From NCBI GenBank assembly GCA_964057225.1, contig OZ059899.1, positions 7,006,001-7,070,000 of the forward strand: DNA of 64,000 nt, in the 5' to 3' direction. Origin of the DNA: Auanema rhodensis (lineage: Eukaryota; Animalia; Nematoda). The number at the start of each line of letters is the position of its first letter. The first letter of the stretch is position 1. Below, one piece after another: positions 1 through 14,653 of the stretch. A program made the translations under genes and the position numbers. Below the pieces are notes generated by a model. The model was not told the origin of the DNA and made no database searches. It saw only the letters and a program-made list of their open reading frames with translations.

Positions 1-580
1 TTCTTATACCTATTGCCGTTTTTTATTATTTTAAACTAACTACTTAACTTTAGATTGAGCTTAATCGTTCGGACATCTGGTGCACTTCCTCTTATACACA
101 TACGCGTGTTGGCGCCTTGTTGTCGCGATTCTACCTGTCTTAAAGCTTTAACCTGTCTAAGGATATTGTTCATCATATGCAGATGTTCAACATAATCTTT
201 AGGGAATTGGTAATAATTTCAGAAAAAATAATAGAAAAATCTGTAATTGAGTGTATACCTTCTTTACCTTATTTGAAATATTCGAATACGAATGTTTTGA
301 ATGAAACAACATAATTCACTATCTAATGATTACTGCTTAGAGCAATAGCCACTCTATTAAGCTTTTCATGGTTTCCGTGACACAAAACTCTTTCTCTTTC
401 TCTCAGTTATACCTATTCTGAATAGCAATTTCTCCTCAACACTTTATCTTATATGGAAAATTGTCTTATTCAGTGTAAATTTCATTGAGCTGTTATTGCT
501 GTTCTTTCCAGCATTTTGTATTTCGAACAGCAAACTATAATGACAAGTAAATGAAAGAAAAGCATAATCAGTTCTTCAAA

Positions 581-583
<3 letters not shown>

Positions 584-632
<49 letters not shown>

Positions 633-646
633 CTCTCTCTCTCTCT
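584..646. repeat. (CT)n microsatellite
   Basis: About 31 CT units with one CG interruption. Confidence 0.95.
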
Positions 647-3142
647 TACTTAGTCTGCCTTTCTCTTTTCTTACATTAAAAAAACTTAAGACCTAAGAAA
701 AATAAGAAAAACATAATGGGTAAAGCAGAGAGAATTAGAGAAGAGAAAGAAAGGCAATTAATATCTACCGTATCCGGACTTAAACTGACGACATTACTCC
801 TACGAAGGGTACAACAGAATCGACAATTCATTGCGACATGGCTTCCGACAATATTTGACATAAATATGATCAATTTCTTATATTATTTGTCTGAATCATC
901 AAATTGACAGGCACTATGAGAGCACAGTGAAGCGAGGAGGGAGAGCGGGAGAGGAAGTTTGTAGCTGGTCATAATACTTAGTTCTACATTTCTTCGGATA
1001 TTTGGAAATATACAATCAAAAAGAATAAATTTTAAATTCAATTGATAGGTAAGATGAGTTGAACCTAAATTGTTTTGAAACAGACTTTGCATATCTTTAT
1101 AACTCAAAAAAAAGACTTAAAGATAAACACGTGATATCACTATTTTTTCTTTCTATCACTTTATGTGTAATATGCAAATTCTAATAAAAATATAATCAGA
1201 AAGAGAGAGAGAGATTAATCTCCAATCTTCGTTATTAGATTAACTTTTTTATCTTACTTCAATAATATTGATGAATTATTTAGATTAAAAGCTCCTATAT
1301 CTATGTAAATCGGACTAAAATTAAAAGAAATGTGTATACTATCTTTGGATTTAAATAATTTTATTTCAAATAATATTAATTTTATTGTATATATATATAT
1401 ATATAAATCTATATCTATATATATACAAAAATAGCTGAAATTTTAATTTTAACAGCTTATTGACATTAAACATACCGTAATCTACCTATCCTCATCTGGT
1501 TTTCTTATAATTATTGACGCGCTGCTCAATTTATCATATAAAAATTTTCAAAAAATATAATACCATATGTTTATACAAAATTGACATTTTTCAATGTTAT
1601 ATTTCTTCACTTTATATCTATTTTACTACTTAACAGTATGATTCTGTTCACTAAAGCTTTATTCCATTTGACGATCTTTCATGCATTTCATATTGCCATA
1701 GCGTGCAACTAATGGCACAGCTTATGCGGATATTATTCATTGTAGATAATATCCGTATTTAGACAAACAGTTTTTAAAACAGAAAATTCTAATAAATTTT
1801 CTCATTTATCTTTAACTTTTCATATTATGAAAGCATTAAACATAGATCTTTTAGTGCGATTCACCAATATTTTAGCAAATCATTTGCCATTTTAGACTAT
1901 AGTCCAGATCTCATTTGTGATGTCATCACTGACAATTCTTTAAATTTTTTATTAATTTTCACATTTTCCTCCCAATACACAGCAAATCTATCCTGCACTA
2001 GTTCTCTTATCTTCACTAACTTTCTTTTTTTTTCTTTATTTCTTTCTCTCTCTCTCTCTCTATTCTCTCTCTTTATTTTATAAACTATAACTGCGATAAG
2101 CCGTGAAAACGTTGATGACTATCCAAATTTTGATCAGCTTTACTATCCATTTTGAATATAAAACCTGAAAACAATATAACATAAGAAATGAAGTAAGTTC
2201 TTGCTTGTTTCGTTAGAGCCCATTTTCAATTTTGAGCTTCTATTCCCTCAAATTCTGAATTGTTGTACCCATTGTCTAGATTGTAAAGAAAAGACAGGTA
2301 CCACATACAACGAGCTAACCGATTTGGTAATGGGCCAAATATGTCTAATAGACTAGCGCCATGATATATTTCCTCAATTTGCGTCCATTATCCCGTTTTG
2401 AACCTCCGCCCTCCTCAGAAAAAAGGAAAGAGAGACACAGAAGCATCTAGTTACGTAAAGCAATTCAGGTAGATTACAGCTTGAATAATATTATTTAAAA
2501 CTTGATATTAGTTTTATAACTATATAGTTGATTATTTAGTACATATCATAGTTATAGTTATATAGTCTATAAATTTCTTTTAGTTAAATAAAATCATTTT
2601 TCTCTTATATGATCAATTAGAATTATTTTTATCCATATAGTTAAGAAACTAAAAAAAATCTTGCTTAACCAAAAGCAACCTTCTTTCGTCGCCTTCTTCT
2701 TAATAATTTATTATTTGATCATACGTATGAGTATTAGATAACTAATTATAGGCTTGATTAGACATAATCCTTTCTGTATAAGAAGATGATTTCATTTTTG
2801 TACTGATAGAATAGAAATTCACGATTATATGTAGAGTTATGTTCAGTCAATGCTTATTATAATAACCTGATGTGCATATATTATACATACTATGTGTGTA
2901 CATATATACATCTCCTTAGAGAATTAACTATTATTATTATATTATTATCAATATATTTTATATAATATTAGCATATTAGCATATTAAGATAAAAATAAAA
3001 ATGAATACAACCATTCTATATATCAAAAAAAATAAAATAAAAAATCAAATTATTTACACGTATATCCTTATGCAAATTATTTTTTTTTACGTGAACTTTA
3101 ATATATAATATATAAAAATAATATAAATCTATCTCTATACAT

Positions 3143-3145
<3 letters not shown>

Positions 3146-3232
<87 letters not shown>
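3146..3232. repeat. (AT)n microsatellite
   Basis: About 43 uninterrupted AT units. Confidence 0.95.
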
Positions 3233-3237
<5 letters not shown>

Positions 3238-6200
3238 CATAATAGTTATAGTCCCTCTAGACATATAATCTTACTAAATATAATCATAATATGTCTTCAA
3301 AAGTAACGTCAATAATATGAAAATATTTAAGTTGTTTTTCATTTTTTTATTCGTCTCCTCCCCAAAGTTTGAAATTATCTTATTCTTATCATCTTTCTTC
3401 CTATACGAAGTTTTCTAATTCGTCTGTAAATAATTTAGCAGACATAATCCGTCATAAGTCTAATAAGGTGAAATTGGCTATGAAAATATCAAAAAATCAA
3501 TTGAAATAATAATAGATTATGATGAGGCAATCTAATTGTCAGTTTTTTTGATTACCCAAACAAGCTTAAGCATATCACGAGAGTTCGATTTAAAACTATA
3601 TGTACATAGTTTATTCTTAAATTTTTAATTAATAACTTTGTATTATTTTTAAAAAAAAAATTAAAGCATTAGTAAACCGGAAACGGCTCTAATGTATACA
3701 TAACATACTAGATGATATGACTCATTCTATTAGTGTATCATAAGTATACGTTTTTTGATTATCGACCTCCTAGACAGCATACATACTTGCACATATATTA
3801 AATTATATTTATATATCTATGGTATTATTATATTAAACTATATAAATATATTAAAGTAAGTATCATGTTGTTAACCTATTTTTCAATTTTATTTCTGTTT
3901 TCATTAAAACTTTAAATATGCAAAGTTCCCAGTACTTTTCATCGTATAATAACGGTATGATTTGAACAATTGTCTGTAGTGCATGTGTCTCTCTTCTTTT
4001 CTATCTTGTATATCGTCAGGTATTATAAGCTTAATCTTGAATAGCAATAGCAATATTTGTATAATTAAGAAATATTCTGAAAATTAACTCAAATGTTAAT
4101 TAGAAAAATATGAGAAATAGACGGAGCGGTAGTTCATTTCCGAATTTCCTCTCAAGATCTGATGAACTTTGCGAAAAAAACATGGAAATATAACCTGATG
4201 ATTCAGGTGAAAATGGATTTTTCAAATCTGTTCACAACTTAATTTATTCAATTTCCTTATGAAGGCAACCATTGCAAACAGGAAGAGACCACTTCGTCAT
4301 TTTCAAAGCTGCCCATTAATTTTTCTGTCCATCCATAGCTTGGTTTTAGCTCATGCTTACATATTGAATTGGCTTTAAAGAAAAATTAGCCAGCATATTT
4401 ATCCACCTTAACTCTCATATTTTGACTTTTAGTGTTCGTTTCTTAACTTTTGTTGCTAAAGTGAAACAAAAGAAACATTCATATCTTATACAAAGCTGCG
4501 TTTCTTCTGTGTTTTTTTTCCGGAAAGGGATTATCAGCAGTGAAGTAGAGGAACTAGTAAAGAGAGAGAGAGAGAGTCTAAGAGAAAATAAGAGGGAGAA
4601 AGAGAAGAGAAAAGATACATGAAGTGTGATCGCATCACTATCATCATCATCAACAAAATGTTCATTTACAATTTATCTATTCATTAAATAATTTTGACAC
4701 TTTTTACATATTTTGCTTCTTTTTTTTCTTTTAGTAAAACGTTTACTACAGCATTATCCAGCATTTTCATAATAAACCATCAATATCTTCCTCTTTATCT
4801 AGCAATTCTATAACATAATATATGCTTTAACACTTTACATTAACCTTAACGCATTTTTTATTGAAATTTTTATTATTTATAATGGTTTTTTCTGTTTATT
4901 TAATCCTGTTACCATCAAAATAGCTAAAAATAATTTTATTCTTTCACAATTAATTGAGTAAAAACATCCGATTATAATAAGTACGTAGTAAGGTTAAACC
5001 TTGATCTCAGGTTACTTGAAAACAATTAAAATTTTCAATTACCAAATTTCAAATTTCAATCAATTTGTAACATATGATTTTTGTATAACAAACATAAATA
5101 CAACACCTATTGTTTGAAAAAAAAAATTCTTGGAAATTTTTATTTTATGTTTTGTTGGAATCAACGAAAATCATGAGTTTCACTGCTCATAGTTCGTAGT
5201 TCATTTAAATATTCTTATTTTTACAATACATATATAGTATATAGTATATATACATATTGATGTTCTTTTATTTTTTTGATTCTTCAGTATAATTATAATC
5301 GTTTTTATATTAAATTATATTATTTAATTTTCAGATAATTCAAATGTGCTCCTCCCCCACATGATGTGATTTAGATTATAAATACATGATATAGGTATGT
5401 ATTGATAACGTTTCTCTTGAGAATAACCACAAGAGTATTATACGTCCATTATTCATCAATTAATTCTAGGTATTATTCTTTTATAATGACCTTAAAATTT
5501 CGATACATTCTTTCATTTAAAAAATTTCTCTTATCATAGCTTTTTTATGAAATTTCGTGTCGACAATCGACTTAGACGTTTGGATCGAATCGACTTAGTA
5601 TGCTTATAAAATTAAAGAATTATGTGTGATTAAGAAAAACAGGGAGGAGAAGTATGAAATGAACAGATCATTCTGAATGAATGTTGAAATAATAGTATTT
5701 GTAAAGAAAAAAAATTATATTTAAAAGATTATCGATAAGAACTTCGATGGTGTCATTTTAATTGTCATTATTAAAATGATTATTAATATGTTATTTTTTA
5801 CGTAAAAATACGTAGAATTTAAGGTGTGATTCAAATATAAGTATAAATTATATAAATGGTTCAACAATTATAGAAAACAATAAGAATTACAGGAAGATTC
5901 GGCATTCATATGAGTCTTCTGGATTACTTCTAATTACGGTATCATTTGCCGCGAACACCAATTAGCCACGGTCAATACACGATAAGAATCATGAAGAATC
6001 TGAGACTATTTATGAATTCAATAGCTTGTAAAGACATGCCGCTACCGTATAGCTGGAATCAATGAAGCCAATTACCGTATTAGGTGCATGTATAACAATT
6101 CAAGCAACTAATCCGATACGACCCCCTGGGGGTCAACTTACGTTAAATACTCGATATCCAACAGCTTTATTAACCTATTCTAAACAGATATAATCTACAT

Positions 6201-8314
6201 ATGTTATAAGACCAAAAACAAAATACTATTCTATTATGTAAAGCATGAATTTTTGAATTGTTAGTCAGTTTGAGCATTTTTTGATGAAAAAAAAATTTAA
6301 AAATCTTTATCTCAGCACACGATTTTAAACAAAGAAAAACATCTATTGATGTGATGAATTGAAATATTCAACTAACAAACATATAAATGAAATATTTTAA
6401 ATTATTATTTCTTTTGACAATAAAAACTTTTGATAGAAATTCGAATTTCTGATATTTCATTAAGTTGAATATGTTTTACATCTATCTATTAACCCCTCCT
6501 CATTACTCCTGTTACTCCTCTTCTTCCCCTTCACACCCCTTGCCCCTTCAAATCCTACGTAATATATGTATGTGATAAATATTTCTATTGAAGAAAGAGA
6601 AAAAAACCTTTTCGTACGACTCCAAGCTTAAGCTTCATTAAAATTTTCATCAAGCTCAAATAGATCAAGTTATATCCATAGTTTGACATATCACACATAC
6701 ACCAGAAGCGTGATCCTAACGATAGAAATGAGTCTCGACTGAAACTGCTACGGCATCTGTCAATTTCCGGACGACGTCGGAATGCCTTATTTGGATATTC
6801 ATTTACATTGCATCTGATGAGAAGTTGTTTAGGCATTTATGACCAATTGTTCCTTCGTTTGCTCATAATGACATTTACACTCGCTATCTAGCTTTTCATT
6901 CAGTTCTAGTCACTTTTCGTTCAAATACAGGATCATCTTCATTGCTCTTGTTCTTTCGTTATTCTGTCATATTCAAAAACATTTTCTTCTTTCATTACGG
7001 TAACTTTTTTTTATTTTTTCTGTTTTTCCTCACAAGAAAACCTTTATTGAATCAGAAAACATTCAAATCAGTTTAATCGATCAATTTTTTTTATTTTTCT
7101 ATGAAACTCATATGGAATTCATACATCTTTTATATTTTTTACGAAAAATAAAACATTTTTGCTTGAAGAAATAATTCTTATAAATCCCTTTAAGATCATT
7201 TCTTCTTTCTTTAAGTATAAAGATGTATTTCTTTGGTTTACTTTGTGTTTTCCTTTTAGCAATTCTTCATTCAAATTCCTTTCTCTTTCATCTTTTTAAG
7301 TTATACCGATACGGTAATTAGAGGCTAACGATGCCGATGGCCTATTTGAGTAAGCACAAAGCATAGACGAATACTATAGACAATCCTAAGAAAGATGACG
7401 GTATTGTACAGTGATAGGTCTTCTGGTATCGGGAGTTGGTGTTAGATGGATGCCTCGAGGACGAAGACCATTAGTTCCGTACGTGTCCCTGTCTCTGTTT
7501 TGTTTGCACTTGTTAGTTGAACTATTCGCATTCTTCTGAGTAATAGCTGATCTAATTGGTCAGCTACTTGTCCAATTAAGGAAATTAATAGCCACACACG
7601 CACATACGAGCTGTCCGAGCAGCGCACTTTCGTTTGAGTCCAGCTGCTGGTATATGAAGTATCTCTCATCTGCCTACATCAGCCAACACCTCGTATTCTG
7701 GACTCATTGACATCAAGTTCATGTCACCTAACAGCCAACGCTGACCACATAAGATCAAATTAAATTTGTCTCTGAATCAGATGTGAGTCTGACGATGAAG
7801 AAGCATATTTTGTGTGTATCTTGTCTTCTACCTAACTTCTAATTTAACTAAATTGATTAAATGACAGTTTTCTTGTCAGTTCGATTGAATAAGTAGAATA
7901 CTACAAACTCATTCAGATTCAATTGAATCTAATACGAATGAAAATACATCTACATGTATGTATATGTATATGTATACTATGAAAAGTATCATGAAATAAA
8001 AGAAAAAATTAGTAAAATGTAGTAATAGAAGAAAGAAATGTTTAATCGTCTTGAAATCAGCTTATAGCTTTATACAGCAAATGACGTGGATAAAATATTA
8101 ATCGTTAGTCGTCTAATGATTTATTATGAGGTGAACATGTTATTTTTCTTGATCTAAACCAATCAAGTAATTCTATTTTTATCATTTTTTAATAATAAGA
8201 AGTATATATTTATAAAGATTTGTATATAAATATATATAAATATATACATGTATACATACATTTATTTTGATATTATAACGACCAACAGTAAAGAGAAATA
8301 AGAATAAAGAACAT

Positions 8315-8319
8315 AGAGA

Positions 8320-8369
<50 letters not shown>
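8315..8369. repeat. (GA)n microsatellite
   Basis: Direct reading. Confidence 0.95.
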
Positions 8370-8375
<6 letters not shown>

Positions 8376-11300
8376 GGGAGGAAAAGAGTAATGTGTTTTC
8401 GGAAAATAAATTCAGAAAATTAATTTATTCAAATCAGACGTCTGTCATATGTACTGCAAGAGGTTCATTCAATGTCTTGTTCAGTCTTCTGTTTCTTAAA
8501 TGTTCTCACGCTATGATTATAGGATATTAAGAGAGTATAGAGAAAAGAAGGATAGATAGATAGATGGCTAGTATAATTGGCGACAATTAATACCTAAGTA
8601 CCATTATGGCCTTTAGTAACATGCATTCATACATATATAGCTTAAAGAGATTAAATAATTTCAAAAGTCTTTTTAAATAGAAAACTGTAATTCATCTCTT
8701 TATTCTTCTTCATCTCTTTAATTCGTTCTCACTTTCTCTATTTTTCATTTCTATACGTAGTACTTACTACCCCTTATTAACTCTTCTTAACCCTCTAACC
8801 TTTTATTCGTTTGTATCTGTTCATTTGCAAACTATTTTTCAAACTAAATTCTTTCATATATTCTCACCTTTGTTTTAATATATAATATATTATATTTATA
8901 CAATTTTATAATACGGTAATGAATTCCGAAACATTGTTATACATTTCTAGTGAAATGAGATGTTAGAAAAGCTTAGTTGCACGCTAATTTATTCCTATTT
9001 TCTTTCTCTTTTCATTGAATTTTAAAAGAAGAAATATTTGATTTGTGAATATTGAAAGTCGAACATGATCGTACTTCATATACCAAAATAATTCAACAAA
9101 TATTATGCAAAAATGATTCTCTTTAACTATGTTTAGTGAAAGAAAAACATATTCACATAGAATATGTAATAATATTCATATAGTTAAATTAATTTACAAA
9201 TATATTTTAATTTATGTTTATAAGTATATTTGCTATAACCCCCTTTCATTCACTTATTTTCTTTCATTCCTAAAACTTCTCAAAACAATACGACATCTGT
9301 TTGATTTGCAGAGTAATTGCCCCGAAATAGATATCTATCATGTTATCGGAAGTTCTCTATGAAAAGGATTGTCCAATTCCTATAAAGAATAGAATAGCAG
9401 GTGGGAATTACAGTACTTTACAAGTTGTAACCGAATCAGCATATAGAATTTCTTTTGTAATCTTTACTTATATGCCGGCCCGACAAGAAACATATGCACT
9501 TAAAATTACATGATTACGTGAATAGCTTACCAGATTAAGTGACTATCTGTTTGTTTAGTGTTGTCCATTTACGGTAGTTATTGAATTCAGGACAAAACTA
9601 GTATAAACTAAACAATTAAATATAAATAATCGAAAAAGAAAATACAATACATCAAAGTTTATTAACTTCAATCATTTGTATTTTCCTTCTTCTTTTTTTT
9701 TTCATTGAAAATAAAATTAATAGTAACGTGTGTTACATGATGATAGTTAAAAATATCTTTTCACATATTGGAAATCAGCCAAAATAACTAAAGTAGTTTG
9801 CATTCAAATAAAACTAATAAATGAAATTAAGGCAGGATATTTTAATTTAAATTATTCTCATCTCTCTCTATATATATCTATCTATTTTACCTATTCCAGC
9901 AGATACTAAAAAATTTTCAAGATCATTTATAGCATTTTCCCTATTTCTTCTCATTTTTAATTACTTTAAGGAAGTTAAAAAAAGCATTTCTAATCAAATA
10001 CCATTGTTCACTTTATGATTTTGCTAAAATTATTTGACGGAACCTCATCTTCATTCTCTCCCTATCCCACCCTCTAATTCAGCTTATTGGATTGATCACT
10101 GTCAAAAGAGGATAAGAGTTCAGCTTTAGCATTAAGCTAATGATAATCAAGCTGATTGACGTGAGCAAAGGATCAAGATTTAGTTAAATCAGATTATTAA
10201 TACATTACATATATACATATATAGATATGAATATATATATATATATATATACTATTTCAAATAATTATTTTTATTTTTGTTTTTCTATTATATATATATT
10301 TATATATTTATATTTATATATATATAGTTAGTTGCAAACATATAGAAAATAAATATATTTGAATGTATATGCATAGATACGTGCATAGGCGATGATACAA
10401 GAGAAAAAAAAACTTTTATATGCCTGACAATATCTTGTCCATAAGCTGATTTTCGGAAACGATATCTTTCTATTATTAAATTTTTCCTTTTTTTTGCATT
10501 TAAAATTCATTTAATAATAATCTTTACTTATTAAAGATTTAGAAGATCATATAAGAAATTATGTATCCTCAAATAAACTATTACACATAACAAGCTAGTT
10601 CATCACTTAAAGTTTATATAGATTTTATCTTTTTTTATCTCAATTAAACTTTTTCTTCTTTTTTTTTTTCAAAAAAAGAAGTCATATAAACAAATCAATT
10701 GGTAACATCTTTCTTCAGAATATCCATCAAATCTTTATTAATCTTACAAAATATTTTCTCATTTTGGTTTTCATATATTGTTGTAGAAAATCATGATGGA
10801 ATTGATTTATTGCAATCAGATCAGTAAAAAGGAGTGGGGGTTTTCCTCATTTATTATAAATATTTATCTGTTTTTATCTATTTATCTCATTCAACAAGCT
10901 ATTATTATTATTAAATATACTATATTAATATATATATATATATAAGTATCTAGAGAAAGTTGTTCATTATTTGGATAATCATTTGGTTATTAAATTTCCT
11001 TCCAAATACACAAATTATGGGCATTCTCTTTAGAAGTTTTTTCAGTCGATGTCCTTCATAATACAAACAAAAAGTTAAAATTTTCATTTTAATATTGTTT
11101 CAAAGAAAGTTTTTTGTTGTAAAAATTAAGTTGTATATACAACATTTTATAAAAATATATGTATATAATATTGAAAATCCAGCTTCCTTTTTTTGTAACA
11201 AAAAGAGAAGAAAACAGCTCAGAAGACGGAAACGATTGAATCGTTTAAAACCATTATGAGTTTCCTACCTATTTGGATAACATATATGCATAAAGCTTAA

Positions 11301-13088
11301 TTATATGAAATTATATTTCATTTTTCTATCGAAAGTGTTTCAGTACATACATACGTATATAGTTAAAACATAAAAAATAATAATAATAATAACTATTAAT
11401 AGAAGAAATGCAAATAACCTTCATTTCTTTCTTTTATTTTTCTTTTCACCCCCATATAAATTAGTTGTTTTTCTTTTTTGCTCCCCCTTCTTCTTCTTCC
11501 TTTAAAAAACAAATAAAACATTTTTTTTCATTTTTTGAGAGATCACCATGATTTATCTATATACACAAAACGTTTCAACGATTCAGTATCTCTCAAGAAT
11601 ATCTTTATAGTTTATAGTGACAAACTTAAGATTAAAGTTCCTCCTTTGCTTAAGAATCACTGTTACTCCTTCACTGTCTTCTTCTTCCTCCCTCTCTTTC
11701 TCCCTATCTCTCTCCGTATCTCTTTTTCTCTCTATGTTTCTTATTCTCTTATCCCATATCTTATACCATATTTAGCTAAGTAATTCAAATATTAATGCTC
11801 TTTGCGTGTATCCATGATGCAGTCGTTGAGATGGGTTTATCAGCTTAGTATAGATCTTATTTTCTCTTTTAAAAATTATTTTTTCAAAACGTTTCTTCAT
11901 ATCCTAGTTTTTACGTGTGAAACTATTGCAACTTTCATGTAGTGAGATTCACGTTGATCTCAACTATACATATGTATGTGTTTATCTGATTTAAAGACAC
12001 ATAAAGCGATTGTGATGTTCGTACACCCCCGCATAGAGGTTTGAATCTGTTTCTTAAATTTGGTGGAAAACGGCAATTAATAGAATGATCAACTCATTCG
12101 CTCATTTACCTACCATACAGCCAACTCAAGCGTATAAGGTTTGTATTACAGCTGCTAGGTAATATGCTAATTTTTGTTGTGAGGTTGCCTGTCATTAGAC
12201 AGCTTGCAGTAGCAATTGGCATAAAGACTAAAAAGGCCTCCAAACGATTTTCATTGTATATTAATAAGTAACGAACATTCACATTATATACTGGTGGGTG
12301 GTGTAAGAAGGATAGTGCTGGTGGTCTAAAGAGACAAGAGAAGTAGAGATACAGATAGAAAGAGAGGGAGTAAATGAGTGTATGTGCTGTGCTATATGTG
12401 TGGCCGTCTGCTGTATCTATGAATGAAAATAGTATTATATCTAATAGAATATGAAAAGAGGTTATAAAGCAAGTGAAATAGAAAAGCAGAAATAGAATGA
12501 GGATGAGGATGAACGAGATCTTGAGAGAAAGTATGCGCAAACCAGAGGTCTGGTTGTTGCATACGGTATAGGGCGGGAGTTCAATTAAAAGCGTTTTCAA
12601 CCTTTTAAGGTAATCTGATTGACTAATTTAATGATTAATGAACAATCAATAAACAATTTTTATAAACTTATATGCCACATCAAAAAAGTTTTGTTTTTTT
12701 TAATTATTTTATTTGTTATATATTTTGAAGATAAAATATATACATAATATAAGATATAATATATTATTTTGTATAATTTTAATATATCTCATTTAAGTAA
12801 CTTTTAAATATATTAATTTCTATATTATTCCTATAATTTATGATTTGTTCTATAATTATTCTAATTATTTCATTTTAACTATTCAAATTTCATTTATAAC
12901 GATGCTTATACGTTTGAGATGTTATTTTCTTTTTTTTTATTATAACATATATGAATATAACTTTCTTTCTTTTAATATTTATATGTTATATTTAAATTAA
13001 TTTACTTTTCTTTCATTTCAGATTGGATCGTCTTTATCCTTACAGTAAAATAAGTTGGATTAAGTAGTACTAATATGTGTTAATGAAC

Positions 13089-13175
13089 CATCTGTTTGCT
13101 TCCTGTTATCCACAGGTATGACCAAACTTCCTGTTGCCCTGTCTATAAGTATGGTACTTAACCATATCCGGAAGT
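13089..13175. promoter_or_regulatory. Candidate enhancer: three ETS core sites plus an E-box
   Basis: CATCTG (13089), CTTCCTG (13099-13105), ACTTCCTG (13126-13133) and CCGGAAGT (13168-13175) within 90 bp of AT-rich DNA upstream of alr-1. Confidence 0.35.
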
Positions 13176-14578
13176 TATATAACTGTAACATATAGTATAG
13201 AGATACTATACAGTTTAACCTAGTGCTAATAACAAAATCTTATTAAGGACAACGTGTTAACATTGCCATTGGTATCCATGGCACATGTTCATACCATTAA
13301 AGGGATTCTTAACGCTTTGTAACCGAAGCCATTAGCACATATTGGCCTTCGACTTCTATCTTGCTCATATTCTTCCAAATAATCAAAAGGAGAAACGATT
13401 AAGGCAGAGAATATAAGGGGTGGAGTCAAAGAGAGGCATCGGATTGGGCAGCCATGGAAGAAAGAGTGGGTGGTGTCCACATCAACATCCGGATCATAAC
13501 TATCGTGTGTATGTGAGAGTGTGGACATGATGCTACAAAGAGGCTGATTGTCCTTTAGTAGCTTTTTAACTATTCATTCTCATCGTTTTATATCAATCCT
13601 TAATATATAATTTGCAGCATAGTTAATACTAACTAATTTAATAATTAATTGAATTGAATGAAATTTAATTAATTAAAATACATTTTAGTCTCTCTTTATA
13701 TCAGCAACAGTATGGGATAGAGTGTGAACGTTTGAGATAAAGTGGTAAGTTGATGTGAATCTATTGATGAGATAAGATTGGATATATAGAAAAGAGGGAA
13801 GGAAAATAGAGAGAGGTGAGCAAGAAAGAGAGATGAAATAGTTTAGTCACATCTTTCCAAATGTTTTTTTTTGCTATATGTTCCTTATCAAAAAATTTCA
13901 TAATCAAATTAACTGTCGTTGACACAATGCCTCCTGATTCAATTCAAAATCTCATTTTTTCTCTTCGTTTTCTCGTCATCATTAGAAATCCATTATCATC
14001 GTCATCTTCTATTCATAATGTCTTTTGATTTGATATAATGAGAGGCAAAAAGTGTCTTTATAAATGCAAAGAATCGAAGACATTTGTCAACAATCACATT
14101 AAACTTCTTTAGTTTTTCGATCAACAATTATCATTAACTAACATACAATGTTACTGGGACTGAATGATGGTCCTGAAGTCAAATTTCTGAATTTTAATTA
14201 AATCAGAAGTTTTTCTTCACTATTAATGATTATAATGTGTTAATCGGTTCGTGTGATTACAACATTCTTAACACTTTAAATACTTTTTTCGTCTCTATTC
14301 TCAATTCTTTCTTGTTCATTTAAGAAAAATCTTCTTTTTTTTTGTTGTTTTCTTTAATGAAGGTAAAGATGCTCCTGATGTTAAAAATAAGATGAATAGT
14401 ATGAATAGCTTAGTTATTTGAATGATTATAAACTGTTTATAGAACATTTTATTTGGTTATTATTAGCTGATTCAATTGATTCTCATTTCTAATTTAACAT
14501 CAAAATATAATAATTTAGTATATAATATACATTGTATCATTCTTTCTAATGTATATTATTTATTACTTATTCCTTTCT

Positions 14579-14650
<72 letters not shown>
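14579..14650. repeat. (CT)n microsatellite
   Basis: Direct reading; it produces the spurious SLSLSL ORFs at 14476 and 14549. Confidence 0.95.

Positions 14651-14653
<3 letters not shown>

Noticed and set aside
1692-1732. AATGGCACAG (miR-228/183-like seed) in a short stem
   Set aside because: Only 6-8 bp pair and the seed would sit next to the loop on the wrong arm.
5565-5598. 11-bp direct repeat AATCGACTTAG x2 (possible transposon footprint)
   Set aside because: No element or terminal repeats; a simple local duplication suffices.
10160-10182. GTGAGCAAAG, matching the 5' end of miR-87
   Set aside because: 3' half diverges and no adequate star arm upstream.
13272-13285. X-box-like GTATCCATGGCACA
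   Set aside because: 3' half lacks the AAC and it is far from any start codon.
13901-13911. Perfect P3 paired-homeodomain sites TAATCAAATTA (also TAATTAGATTA at 47883)
   Set aside because: A few such 11-mers are expected by chance in 64 kb at this AT content.
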